64,000 nucleotides of DNA, from assembly GCA_049976505.1 (NCBI GenBank), contig JBMFIC010000006.1:964-64963 (forward strand). Reading direction: 5' to 3'. The notes under the pieces were generated by a model that was not told where the DNA came from, did not search any database, and saw only the letters and a program-made list of their open reading frames with translations. The position numbers and the translations under genes are program-made. The stretch comes from Nitrososphaeria archaeon (GTDB taxonomy: Archaea; Thermoproteota; Nitrososphaeria; Conexivisphaerales; UBA164). Of the stretch, positions 18,770 to 27,718 are shown in pieces; the first letter of the stretch is position 1, and each line of letters opens with the position of its first letter.

Positions 18770-20566
18770 GGGCGCTCCGCAGTGTCTGCACTTCTGCAGC
18801 CTTGCTGGGTTTGACCATCCGCATATCTTGCACGATATCTCCTTTTCCCTGTACAGATAGGACAGCTTATCGTCTAAAGGCACCTCAGATGTCACGAAGA
18901 GCCCACCCTTAAGATGCTTGTTAAGCTCTCTCGCCTCTCGCAGCCTTACGTCGTCATGCTGGCCTACTTCGACGCCCAGGGAGTATGGCTTCACTTGCTG
19001 CTTCTTTCCAAGCCTCTGCACGTCAAGCAGGGCAAGCCTCTCTCCTGAGTCGTCCTGGATCCAGCTTATCGGATATCCTACCTTTTCATGTAGCAGATCT
19101 ACAAGCTCGGCCTCCTTGTCGATAACCGAGCCCTCGCTCACGTTAAGCATCACCATGCTTTCCTTAAGTCCCGAGAGGTTAACCGTGGTTGTTATGTAGT
19201 CGGAGGGATGCTTCATTATGAGCTTCTTTAGGGTTGGAAGAAGCCCCATCTGGATCTTGCTTATGAGCAACTTGTTCCTCTGAGCTATGGCATCCTGTAT
19301 TACATCCTTGAGCAGAAGAACCTTCACCTTGAAGTAGCTCTCCTCATACTGGGCCTCTCCAGCTATATGCGGAAGGTTTATCGAGGCGGCTATGATTCCG
19401 AGCTCAACCGTCTGATTGTTCAGCCTGAAGCCGTTGGCAGTCTTCCCTTCGCGGTTTACGAGCAGAAGGGGAAGGTCTTTCGTCCTTGAAACGCTCCCAG
19501 TGCTCAGCAGTACGCGCGGCCTGTTAACCTTGTAGTAATAATCGCTGTACTGCTCCACTATCTGGTCGGAAGGCTCATCGATGTGCACAGTAAGAATTGG
19601 GGACTTGGTAGTGCTGGGCAGCAGGTCGTGCAGTATGAAGAACGGCTCCCTGCCAAGGCTCTCGATTAAATCGGGGCTTATCTTTATGAAGACCTCCGCG
19701 TTTGCCTCCCTCGTGAGCCCGTACACGAGGTCGACGAAGCTGCTTATGCCGTTGCTGGTCAGCAGCCTGTCGGCCTCATAGAGCGCGTTGACGTTCACCG
19801 CTATCACATCGGGCCTGAACATCCAGGCGTCCGAATACGGTAGGTGTATCTCTCCATTGTAGTGGGCGTCAACCAGATCTGTTGGGAGATCGGACCTCAG
19901 GAGGTAGTCAGAGAATATCCTTTCTGCAGCCTTGTACACCGCCTCCTCGAACCCCTTCTCCCTCTTGCTGGTTTCATCCAGAAGAACCTCGAGGTCGTAG
20001 ACCGGCATGCCGAGCCTGCTAAGCTTCTTCCAGTAGTGCTCCATCCCCTGCTCGAGAAGTATCGAGTTGACTATTTCCCTGATGAGAGGGGAGGTCAGAT
20101 AGGTTATCTGGAACTTGTATATTCTGGACTCGGCCTCGCTAGCTATGTTCTGAGCAACCTCAAGGGGGACGTTGGCCTCCTTAATAAGGCTCTGGACTAT
20201 CTTTGAGGGGTCAAATTCTTCGATCCTCTGGGAAGACTCCCTAACGTAAAGTCTTCCAGAAGTAACAAGCGACTCCTCCTCTATCTGCTTAGCTAGCGAG
20301 AGAACGAGCCTGCCAAGGGGGGCGATCATGTACTTCCTCTCCTGCTTGTTCTGAATTACGAGGTTCTGCTGGACCAGCTTCTTAAGATGATAGGCGAACT
20401 TGCCTGACTCCCTCTTTGGCGTGAAGCCCGACGCCTCCTTCAGCTCGGTGTAAGTCATGCCTCCCTTTGCAGCAAGGATCTTCAGGATTTCTAGCCTGCT
20501 CTTTGAGGCCAATACGGAGAATATCACCTTTAGCCTTTTTGTCATAAAATTGCTACTCAATTCCAT
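18746..20566 (-). CDS. ArsR-type wHTH + ATP-cone + degenerate class III ribonucleotide reductase (NrdD)-like fusion
   Basis: SRLEILKIL...FAYHLKKL (HTH); EEFDPSKIVQSL...IREIVNSIL (ATP cone); RLGMPVYD, DAHYNGEIHL and SINLPHIA (NrdD-like); C-terminal CxxC...CxxC with no glycyl-radical loop. Confidence 0.75.
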   Translation of the reverse strand: MELSSNFMTKRLKVIFSVLASKSRLEILKILAAKGGMTYTELKEASGFTPKRESGKFAYHLKKLVQQNLVIQNKQERKYMIAPLGRLVLSLAKQIEEESLVTSGRLYVRESSQRIEEFDPSKIVQSLIKEANVPLEVAQNIASEAESRIYKFQITYLTSPLIREIVNSILLEQGMEHYWKKLSRLGMPVYDLEVLLDETSKREKGFEEAVYKAAERIFSDYLLRSDLPTDLVDAHYNGEIHLPYSDAWMFRPDVIAVNVNALYEADRLLTSNGISSFVDLVYGLTREANAEVFIKISPDLIESLGREPFFILHDLLPSTTKSPILTVHIDEPSDQIVEQYSDYYYKVNRPRVLLSTGSVSRTKDLPLLLVNREGKTANGFRLNNQTVELGIIAASINLPHIAGEAQYEESYFKVKVLLLKDVIQDAIAQRNKLLISKIQMGLLPTLKKLIMKHPSDYITTTVNLSGLKESMVMLNVSEGSVIDKEAELVDLLHEKVGYPISWIQDDSGERLALLDVQRLGKKQQVKPYSLGVEVGQHDDVRLREARELNKHLKGGLFVTSEVPLDDKLSYLYREKEISCKICGWSNPARLQKCRHCGAPLELVALK

Positions 20567-20631
20567 TAGACTGTGAGTTAAATCAGTATTTAAAGTTATT
20601 AAAGTTTAAAAAAATTGACCCGCAATTTAAT

Positions 20632-21075
20632 TTAAGCTCTCCAGGCTCCGTAAAAGGCCATAAGCCAGGCGTTTGCCTCCATTAGAAGGTTCCTGGAGTT
20701 CCTGTGAGTAAGCGTTGTCAGCGCCTTATCGTACTGAAGCCACATGTACCCTACATGCTCATCGCTCAGCTTGACGCTGTTTGAGTTTGTCTTCATTAGG
20801 TAGTACACTACGTCCTTCTTCACCTTCACCCCGTTCTTGAAGAATTCATAGTAAACTTTGAAGGAGAATCCGTCCAGGACCTGAAGGTCGTCAATGCCGG
20901 TTTCCTCCTTCACCTCTCTTATCGCAGCTGTTTTCGTGTCCTCGCCGGGCTCAAGGTGTCCCTTTGGGAACTCCCATATTCTCCTTTTGCTTATGAGAAC
21001 CAGATAAAGGGGACCCTTATTATGCTCCCTGAACACCACTCCCCCAGCTGAGTGCTCAACCTCAAACTCCTCCAT
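20632..21075 (-). CDS. Nudix hydrolase, asymmetric Ap4A hydrolase-like
   Basis: WEFPKGHLEPGED...AIREVKEETG Nudix box; LSDEH. Confidence 0.9.
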   Translation of the reverse strand: MEEFEVEHSAGGVVFREHNKGPLYLVLISKRRIWEFPKGHLEPGEDTKTAAIREVKEETGIDDLQVLDGFSFKVYYEFFKNGVKVKKDVVYYLMKTNSNSVKLSDEHVGYMWLQYDKALTTLTHRNSRNLLMEANAWLMAFYGAWRA

Positions 21076-21135
21076 AATATAAGCGTGCCTTGCGCAAGCT
21101 TTAAATAATTACCAATATTTTGAGCCTAGTTGTGC

Positions 21136-22230
21136 TCAGAGAATAAATTTTAGGTCGTTCACGGATGGAATAACCGCATCGGCTCCGCTCTTGAGGAACT
21201 TCTCAGCAAAGCTCTTTGGCGATGGCGTTAGCCCATACACCCCAACAAACCTCACTTCATATCCGTTCTTTCTAGTGTTCTCGACTAGCAGAAGGTCCTC
21301 AAAGGAATCCCCAACGTATATGCACTCGTTCGTGCTCATGCCCTTCATCGCCTGCTCGAGCAGGAACGGGTCTGGCTTTCCAAGCCATCTATCCTTTGAA
21401 TTATAATACACGTCATCTATGAAGAATGACCCCTGCTCGTTGAAGAAGCTTCCCATGTGCTCCTCGAGCACTTTGTAGGCGGTCCTTTTGGGTCTTCCGC
21501 TCGCGATGCCTATGTTCTTTCCGAACTTCTTCTTAAGGTAGCTCTTCGTATCGGCATCCAGCACGACCCTTTCGTTCTCGACCAGGCCCCGCTTTATCTT
21601 GAATATGGGCTCAGTCTTCCAGAACTCCCTGTACAGGTCAGCTCCAAGGTAGAACTCCTCAAAGACTCCGCTGAGGATGCTCTTCTGGGGCAGGCCGGGA
21701 TAGTTCAGCTTCTCCTTAAGCCTGAGAAGGTAGTTCAACTTATCCTTTCTGTTGTATAGCTTTCTGATGCCTTCATCAAAGCTCGTGAGCCCCTTCTCAT
21801 CTGCGTACATCAGAGCGTAACCGAGCGCCTTGGACGAGCTCTCAAGCGCCTCGCCTCTGTCGAACTTTGATCTGACGGGGGTCCTGAAGAACCTGAAGTC
21901 ATCCAGCGAGGCCTCCCTGAGAACTTCATCCGGCAGCCCTGATAGAAGGCCCATTATTATTGCATAAGTCGTGTCCCAGTCGTTGTTAAATCCTCCAGTG
22001 AGCCTAAGCCTGGCAACCGCATCATAGACGAGATCGCGTGGCGGCTTTATGCCGGCGATCCATCCATAAAATGCCGAAGCGGTTGAGTATATGGCCTCGT
22101 TGTACGACGATCTCGAATCAACGAGCGTTCCATCTATATCAAAAACAATAGCCCTGTGCTTGCTCAGGTCTGAATCCTTCCTGATAAAATTTAATCCGTT
22201 AGCGGTTGCAAACTCAGAAAAAACGCTCAA
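21136..22230 (-). CDS. HAD-superfamily hydrolase
   Basis: FDIDGTL, KPDP and YVGDS motifs. Confidence 0.85.
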   Translation of the reverse strand: MSVFSEFATANGLNFIRKDSDLSKHRAIVFDIDGTLVDSRSSYNEAIYSTASAFYGWIAGIKPPRDLVYDAVARLRLTGGFNNDWDTTYAIIMGLLSGLPDEVLREASLDDFRFFRTPVRSKFDRGEALESSSKALGYALMYADEKGLTSFDEGIRKLYNRKDKLNYLLRLKEKLNYPGLPQKSILSGVFEEFYLGADLYREFWKTEPIFKIKRGLVENERVVLDADTKSYLKKKFGKNIGIASGRPKRTAYKVLEEHMGSFFNEQGSFFIDDVYYNSKDRWLGKPDPFLLEQAMKGMSTNECIYVGDSFEDLLLVENTRKNGYEVRFVGVYGLTPSPKSFAEKFLKSGADAVIPSVNDLKFIL

Positions 22231-22631
22231 GACAATCCCAGCGCTTTCGTCTCCCTCTCAAAGCTTTCTCTTGAGTCGCTTGCGTGTATGGCGTTGTCCG
22301 TCAGCCCCAGCGAGAAGTCCCCCCTTATGGTTCCAGGAGGAGCCTTCGATGCATCCGTGCTTCCAATCATTATCCTGACGGTCTCAATGGCGTTCCTTCC
22401 CTCGAGGATCGCCGCCACGACAGGTCCTGAGGTTATGAAGCTCACAAGATCCTGGAAGAAAGGCTTCCCCTTATGGACCGAGTAGAAGTTCTCGGCCATC
22501 TCCCTGCTGAGCGTCAGCATCCTGAGCTCCTTTATGATGAACCCCTTTTCCTCGAACCTCGAAAGAATTTTGCCAACGAGACCCCTTTTAACGGCGTCCG
22601 GCTTTATGACAATTAATGTTCTTTCGCTCAT
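22227..22631 (-). CDS. ndk: Nucleoside diphosphate kinase
   Basis: [19 protein letters not shown] and NAIHASDS motifs; ATG at 22631 overlaps the rpl24e stop. Confidence 0.95.
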   Translation of the reverse strand: MSERTLIVIKPDAVKRGLVGKILSRFEEKGFIIKELRMLTLSREMAENFYSVHKGKPFFQDLVSFITSGPVVAAILEGRNAIETVRIMIGSTDASKAPPGTIRGDFSLGLTDNAIHASDSRESFERETKALGLS

Positions 22632-22813
22632 ACCTCTGGTGTATACTTTGCTGTCCATTTAAGCTTTCTTGGGTCCTTCTTGTACTCCAGCATGTACTTT
22701 CTGCACCTGTTGCTGCAGAACCTCAGTATGGATCCATCGTTCATTATCACAGTCAGACCGGTGCCTGGCCTGATCGGCCTTCCGCAGAAAGAGCAGACCT
22801 TCTGTGTCATCAT
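22628..22813 (-). CDS. rpl24e: 50S ribosomal protein L24e
   Basis: CSFCG...PGTG...FCSNRC...PRKLKWT. Confidence 0.95.
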   Translation of the reverse strand: MMTQKVCSFCGRPIRPGTGLTVIMNDGSILRFCSNRCRKYMLEYKKDPRKLKWTAKYTPEV

Positions 22814-22825
22814 GTTAGACTACAC

Positions 22826-23035
22826 CTACTTTATCTTCCTTGCCTCCCTCTCCGTCTCCCGCAGCATTATTATATCTCCAAGCTTCACTGGGCCCTTGAC
22901 GTCTCTTGTGAGAATCCTGCCCTTCTCCGGGCCCTCCAGTATTTTCAGCCTCACCTGCGTTATCTCGCCCGCTACTCCGGTCCTCCCGACTATCTGAACC
23001 ACCTGCGCAGGCGTCAGGCGTTCCTCCTCGCTCAT
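22826..23035 (-). CDS. rps28e: 30S ribosomal protein S28e
   Basis: GRTGVAGE...VKGPV...ETEREAR. Confidence 0.95.
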   Translation of the reverse strand: MSEEERLTPAQVVQIVGRTGVAGEITQVRLKILEGPEKGRILTRDVKGPVKLGDIIMLRETEREARKIK

Positions 23036-23042
23036 TCAGATC

Positions 23043-23417
23043 TCAACCTATGAGCTTTGAGAGCTGTGACACTATCTGATCAACGAGAGGCTTTGCCTGT
23101 CCCGGATCAACTATCGCAACGCTGGCCGCCTGGACCTGAAGACCAGCTGCAGCTCCAAGCTCCTTCTTTGATTTTACATAGAGATATGGAATTTTTCTCT
23201 CGGTGCATATCAACGGCAGATGCATCACTATCTCTGGCGGATCAACGTCCTCAGCTATTATTACCAGCTTTGCCTCACCCCTCTCAACAGCCTTGGTGAC
23301 CTCGTTGGTTCCCTTTCTTATCTTGCCAGTCTCCTTTGCCTGTTTCACCGCGTCAAGAGCCGCCTTTGCCAGCTCCTCAGGCGTGTCAAACTTTACATAA
23401 CTCGGTTTTTGGCTCAT
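23043..23417 (-). CDS. rpl7ae: Ribosomal/K-turn-binding protein L7Ae
   Basis: [13 protein letters not shown] and [15 protein letters not shown] motifs. Confidence 0.96.
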   Translation of the reverse strand: MSQKPSYVKFDTPEELAKAALDAVKQAKETGKIRKGTNEVTKAVERGEAKLVIIAEDVDPPEIVMHLPLICTERKIPYLYVKSKKELGAAAGLQVQAASVAIVDPGQAKPLVDQIVSQLSKLIG

Positions 23418-23522
23418 CGGCTTTCACCTTTTGATGTACTGGGACATTTGCTTATTAAAGTTTTTGGAGATCTTATCTAAAAGTGAAAAAGGTTGAAAGC
23501 TGCATTTGGAGCGCTTCTGGTG

Positions 23523-23849
23523 TTAAATCAGAGAGTAGTAGAACTCGTACACGATCAGCAGCCAGAGGACAACAATCATGAGGCCGCTGAAGAGGTAGGT
23601 CCTTGCAACCCTCAAGTCGCTGTGCTTTCCGCTCCTGAACATAAGGAAGAAGCCAGAGATCCCCAGAAGGTTTATGAAGAACAGGACGATCGTCTCGAAG
23701 AGCGTCTGGTATGATAGATTTGAAGTGAATGTCGCGGTGAGAGGTATCGTGTTCTTTCCCACTATGAAGCTGATGATGCCTGAAATTATCAGTATGAAAG
23801 CTGCCAGGTAGACATTCTCGATTGTAAACAGGTCTTTAAGCTTCATCAC
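23523..23849 (-). CDS. 3-TM protein resembling OST3/OST6-family (OSTC/DC2-like) oligosaccharyltransferase subunit
   Basis: IISGII...F...YQTLFETIV...GISGFFLMFRS pattern parallels the eukaryotic OST3/OSTC C-terminal Q-x3-E membrane motif (recognised by eye). Confidence 0.55.
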   Translation of the reverse strand: MMKLKDLFTIENVYLAAFILIISGIISFIVGKNTIPLTATFTSNLSYQTLFETIVLFFINLLGISGFFLMFRSGKHSDLRVARTYLFSGLMIVVLWLLIVYEFYYSLI

Positions 23850-24595
23850 TCCACCCTCGGTGCAAGGTAGTATTCAAGCTTTGAGCCCTTGTCATCAAGG
23901 TTGGCCTGCACCCTTATCGGCAGCCTGTTTCCAAACTCTATTGTTATGTAGTCGAGGGAAGCCGAGAGCGCCTTGACGAACTTCTGCAGGTACTCAATGC
24001 TGTAGGACGCGGAGGCAGGCTCGGTCACTGTGATCTCCTTAACGTCCGGCGTGGCGGCGGTCATCGTCACCTTTACGTTCCCGTACTCGCTTGAGCCGCT
24101 CATCACGAATGATCCTGTGTCTGCCTTCATGCTGACCTCATCGGAGACGGTCTCTATGTCTGCAAGCGCCTCCTTGAACCCCTTCAGGGTCATCACGATC
24201 TTGGCTGTGAAGCTGACCTTGGGAACCGGGACTGCGGTGTGGGATGACTCCAGTATGTGCAGCACGAACTCCCTCTGGAAGCCGTTGGAAACCCTTATCA
24301 CAAGCGTATTTCCCTCTCCGAGCTGCATTTCGAGGACCTCGCCCTTTGAAGCCCTCTTCATCACGTTTGCCAGATCATCTATTCTCAGCGTAACTATGTG
24401 CTCCCCATCGCAGTCGTAGACGTCGAAGGACTGCTTGAGCCACTCCAGGTTAAGCATGGCGATGTGCGATGGATCCATGTTCCTCATGGTTATCCGGTCC
24501 GGATGAAACTCCAGAGCCACCTCTTCCAGTAGAGCGGATGCGGCCTTTATCACCATGTTCCAGCTGTTGACGTCCTTTGTCTGTAAATGAAACAT
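23846..24595 (-). CDS. pcn: PCNA sliding clamp
   Basis: MDPSHIAM, SYSIEYL and YYLAPR motifs. Confidence 0.95.
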   Translation of the reverse strand: MFHLQTKDVNSWNMVIKAASALLEEVALEFHPDRITMRNMDPSHIAMLNLEWLKQSFDVYDCDGEHIVTLRIDDLANVMKRASKGEVLEMQLGEGNTLVIRVSNGFQREFVLHILESSHTAVPVPKVSFTAKIVMTLKGFKEALADIETVSDEVSMKADTGSFVMSGSSEYGNVKVTMTAATPDVKEITVTEPASASYSIEYLQKFVKALSASLDYITIEFGNRLPIRVQANLDDKGSKLEYYLAPRVE

Positions 24596-24670
24596 ATGCT
24601 ATATATAGTGAGGGATTTTATAATTATTTCTATAGATAAGCTTTTAATTGTGAATTAAACTTCTAGTAGG

Positions 24671-25693
24671 TTGTTCGAAAACGTCCTCGGGGTGGAGGAT
24701 TATGCTAAGTATCCATTCCTGAGCGAGAGCATCTCGTACGCGCTCCGAAGAACCCCGAATCTAACCATCGATAAAATAGACTCCGCTGAGCTCATGGGGT
24801 TCGATCCAAAGATCATAATTGATGTAACCAGGAGGAGGGTGATCGCTGGTTTGAAGACCGGCGTATCGCCTGCGCTGGATGACGTTCACTACGAGATCTC
24901 TCTGGCCTCCTTCATAATTTCACTGATACTGATCAGATCCACGGATGATCATGGGATCTACAACAGGTTCGCGCTAGCAGAGGCCAGGAGGAGCGAGGGC
25001 TTCCTTTTAAAGGAGCTGGAAACGAACCCGCGCGGAAGGGATCTCGTGAAGGTCATAATCGAAAAGGTAGCTGGCATAAGCCTTACAGTGGGCTATGACG
25101 GCTTTCTGATGCCCCTTGACGGCTACCTGATGCATCACGTCAGGGGCGAGCCCTCCTGGAAGCTGGTAAACCGATGGGTCTACATGGGGTTCGTCTACGT
25201 AAAGCCTAACGAGCTTGCCCACATTTTCAGGGAAATCTCGGCCGGGATCATTCTCAACAGGCTCAGGAACATGCCCAAGCCCAGCCTGAAGGGATCGCTG
25301 CTTGAGATCCTGAAGGAGATTGAGGAGAGCAGACCAAGGCCAAGGGCTCAGAGGTATGAGGGAGCCTACCCGCCATGCGTTCAGTTCCAGCTATCTCAGC
25401 TTAAGCAGGGCGTAAACATAAACCATTCGGCAAGGTTTCTGCTGGCCACCTACTTCATTAACATAGGATGGGACGTGGACAGCGTGGTTGATCTGTTCAG
25501 GACTGCCCCCGACTTTAACGAAAAGATAACCAGGTATCAGGTGGAGCAGATATCAGGCAGGAAGGGCTCGGGGACCAGGTACCTGGTGCCAAGCTGCGCC
25601 AAGCTGCTCACGCTGCAGCTGTGCAGAAGGGATGAGACTTGCGATAACATAAGGAACCCGCTTCAGTACGGAAGGTTCAGAAGGCAAACCTGA
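24671..25693 (+). CDS. priL: DNA primase large subunit
   Basis: AKYPFL, WKLVNR, YPPC, HSARF, PDFNEKITRYQV and PSC motifs. Confidence 0.92.
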   Translation: MFENVLGVEDYAKYPFLSESISYALRRTPNLTIDKIDSAELMGFDPKIIIDVTRRRVIAGLKTGVSPALDDVHYEISLASFIISLILIRSTDDHGIYNRFALAEARRSEGFLLKELETNPRGRDLVKVIIEKVAGISLTVGYDGFLMPLDGYLMHHVRGEPSWKLVNRWVYMGFVYVKPNELAHIFREISAGIILNRLRNMPKPSLKGSLLEILKEIEESRPRPRAQRYEGAYPPCVQFQLSQLKQGVNINHSARFLLATYFINIGWDVDSVVDLFRTAPDFNEKITRYQVEQISGRKGSGTRYLVPSCAKLLTLQLCRRDETCDNIRNPLQYGRFRRQT

Positions 25694-26960
25694 ACCTCCT
25701 TGCGCCCTTTATGAACGCCTTGCCCTTTTCGTACGCCTCCAGAAGCTCCTTTACGTCCCTTTCCGTGGTGCCGGAGCCCATGGCTATCCTTCTTATCCTT
25801 GAAGCGTTCAGGATCTTTGGGTTCTCCCTCTCCTCCTCTGTCATGCTCAGGATTATGGCCCTCCACTTCTTGATCTGAACCCTGGCCTTCTCCAGCTCCT
25901 CCTTGTTTACCTTGACCGGAAGGGGCAGCATCTCAACAATCTTCTCCATAGGCCCAAGCTTCTCCATCTGCTCCATCTGTTCAAGAAGGTCGTTGAGAGT
26001 GAACCTCCCAGAGGCTATCCTTCTTGTCTGCTCCTTCGTTATCCTGAGCTCGGCGCTCTTTACCCTTTCAAGAAGCCCCTCCAGATCCCCAAGGCCAAGA
26101 AGCCTTCCCACGAACCTCTTCGGGTTGAACTCCTCTATGTCGTCCACCCTCTCCCCCGTTGAGATGAAGTAAACCTTAGCGCCCGTTGCTGCAGCTGCCG
26201 CCAGGGCTCCACCTCCTTTTGCCGTTCCATCCAGCTTTGTAACTACAAGGCCTCCCACGCTCACCGTCTCCGCAAACGCCTTTGCCTGATAGTAGGCCTG
26301 CTGTCCTATCGTTCCATCTATGACCAGCAGAATTAGGGTTGGCCTGATTGCGGCCTCGAGCTCCTTCACTTCGTTCATAAGCTCTGCCTCGTTTCTGTGC
26401 CTTCCAGCCGTGTCTATTATAACTACGCTCTCCTGTCTGAATTTCTCAAGACCTCTGTTAACGATTTCATGGGGATCCTTTATTTCCTTGGATCCAAAGA
26501 CAGGAAGTCCTACCTGGGCTGCAAGCTGCGATATCTGCTCGTAGGCTCCGGGCCTGTATACATCTGCCTCAATGAGCCCCACGCTGTATCCCCTTTTCTT
26601 CAGATAGTTTCCTAGCTTCACCGCAAAGGTCGTCTTGCCCGACCCCTCAATCCCCACCAGCATGATTACGTTTCTGGGCTTCAGCTGAAGCCTGTACTCT
26701 CCTCCGAGCATGTTGGTCATCTCCTCGTAAACCACCTTGATCGCCATCTCCTTGAACGATATTCCAGGAAGCTGCGACGACCCCTTCAGCCTCTCCTCCA
26801 CCTTCTTCGAGAACTCATATACGATTCTCGCGTTTACGTCCGCCCTGATCAGCGTTCTCTGGAGGTCGAGAATGAACTCCCTGATGGCCTTTTCGTCGAC
26901 GCCTCCCCTAATCAGCTTCTCAAAAGCGCTCCTCAGACCCTCCCTGAGCTCATCGAACAT
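25677..26960 (-). CDS. srp54: Signal recognition particle protein SRP54
   Basis: GSGKTT, DTAGRH, TKLDGTAKGGGAL and M-domain SRIRRIAMGSG motifs. Confidence 0.96.
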   Translation of the reverse strand: MFDELREGLRSAFEKLIRGGVDEKAIREFILDLQRTLIRADVNARIVYEFSKKVEERLKGSSQLPGISFKEMAIKVVYEEMTNMLGGEYRLQLKPRNVIMLVGIEGSGKTTFAVKLGNYLKKRGYSVGLIEADVYRPGAYEQISQLAAQVGLPVFGSKEIKDPHEIVNRGLEKFRQESVVIIDTAGRHRNEAELMNEVKELEAAIRPTLILLVIDGTIGQQAYYQAKAFAETVSVGGLVVTKLDGTAKGGGALAAAAATGAKVYFISTGERVDDIEEFNPKRFVGRLLGLGDLEGLLERVKSAELRITKEQTRRIASGRFTLNDLLEQMEQMEKLGPMEKIVEMLPLPVKVNKEELEKARVQIKKWRAIILSMTEEERENPKILNASRIRRIAMGSGTTERDVKELLEAYEKGKAFIKGARRFRFAF

Positions 26961-26965
26961 TACGA

Positions 26966-27640
26966 CTATTCAAGAGCTGCGTCCTTTATTAAGTATGTCC
27001 CTGAATCCTTTTCCCATATAACTTCATAATTCCTTATGATTATTCTTCTCGAGTAGAGGGGGGTATGAAGGACGAAGGTCTCGCCCTCGCCGCCCTCAAG
27101 CGATGGGTTGAACCTGTACCTTCTTGACAGCTCGATCAGCCTGATCGTCCTCTCCAGGTCCATTTTTATCCCGAGCCATTCCCTGCCGAGCCCAAGAGAG
27201 GCAACCTTAACGATGATGTACTCAACCCCATCCCTTATCAGGTTCAGCATGTACTCCTGCTGGTCGACGCCCCAGAGGGGGTTCAGCGTCTTCATGTTGT
27301 GCTTACTTGCCAGCTCCTCGAACCTTTTCCTCTGAAAGTTGCTCAGAATGCCACCAGTTATCAGCAGCTCAGCCCCGTACTCCTCCCTTGCCCTTCTGAG
27401 GCCTTCCTCCAGATCTTCCACGAATATCCATGGTATCCCCATGCTCTCGCACTGCAGCCCTACCCACCTCACGTTTTCAGAATGAAAGAGCATGTCGTCC
27501 TTTCTGGCGTTGACGGTTATTCCACAGCATGGCCTCATCCCGTACATTTTATAGTACTTCAAAATCGCATAGTTGCTGTCCTTTCCACCGGACAAAAGCG
27601 CAGCCGCGTAGGACCTCTCAGCTTTCATAATCCACATCAC
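26966..27640 (-). CDS. dph6: Diphthine-ammonia ligase (Dph6-like PP-loop)
   Basis: SGGKDS, PLW and GEGGEGET-like (LEGGEGET) motifs. Confidence 0.82.
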   Translation of the reverse strand: MMWIMKAERSYAAALLSGGKDSNYAILKYYKMYGMRPCCGITVNARKDDMLFHSENVRWVGLQCESMGIPWIFVEDLEEGLRRAREEYGAELLITGGILSNFQRKRFEELASKHNMKTLNPLWGVDQQEYMLNLIRDGVEYIIVKVASLGLGREWLGIKMDLERTIRLIELSRRYRFNPSLEGGEGETFVLHTPLYSRRIIIRNYEVIWEKDSGTYLIKDAALE

Positions 27641-27643
27641 TGC

Positions 27644-27711
27644 TCAGACGGCTCTTCCGTCCTATCATCGAGGTCAAGTTAGAAATTGGCCGGCCGCTAA
27701 ATAAACATCAT
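27644..27711 (-). ncRNA. Candidate C/D-box sRNA (D guide complementary to the 23S peptidyl-transferase region)
   Basis: Minus strand: ATGATGT (C-like) ... TTGA (D'-like) ... GATGATA (C'-like) GGACGGAAGAGCCGT CTGA (D). Fills the intergenic gap between the methylthiotransferase gene and dph6. Confidence 0.5.
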
Positions 27712-27718
27712 CCCTGTG

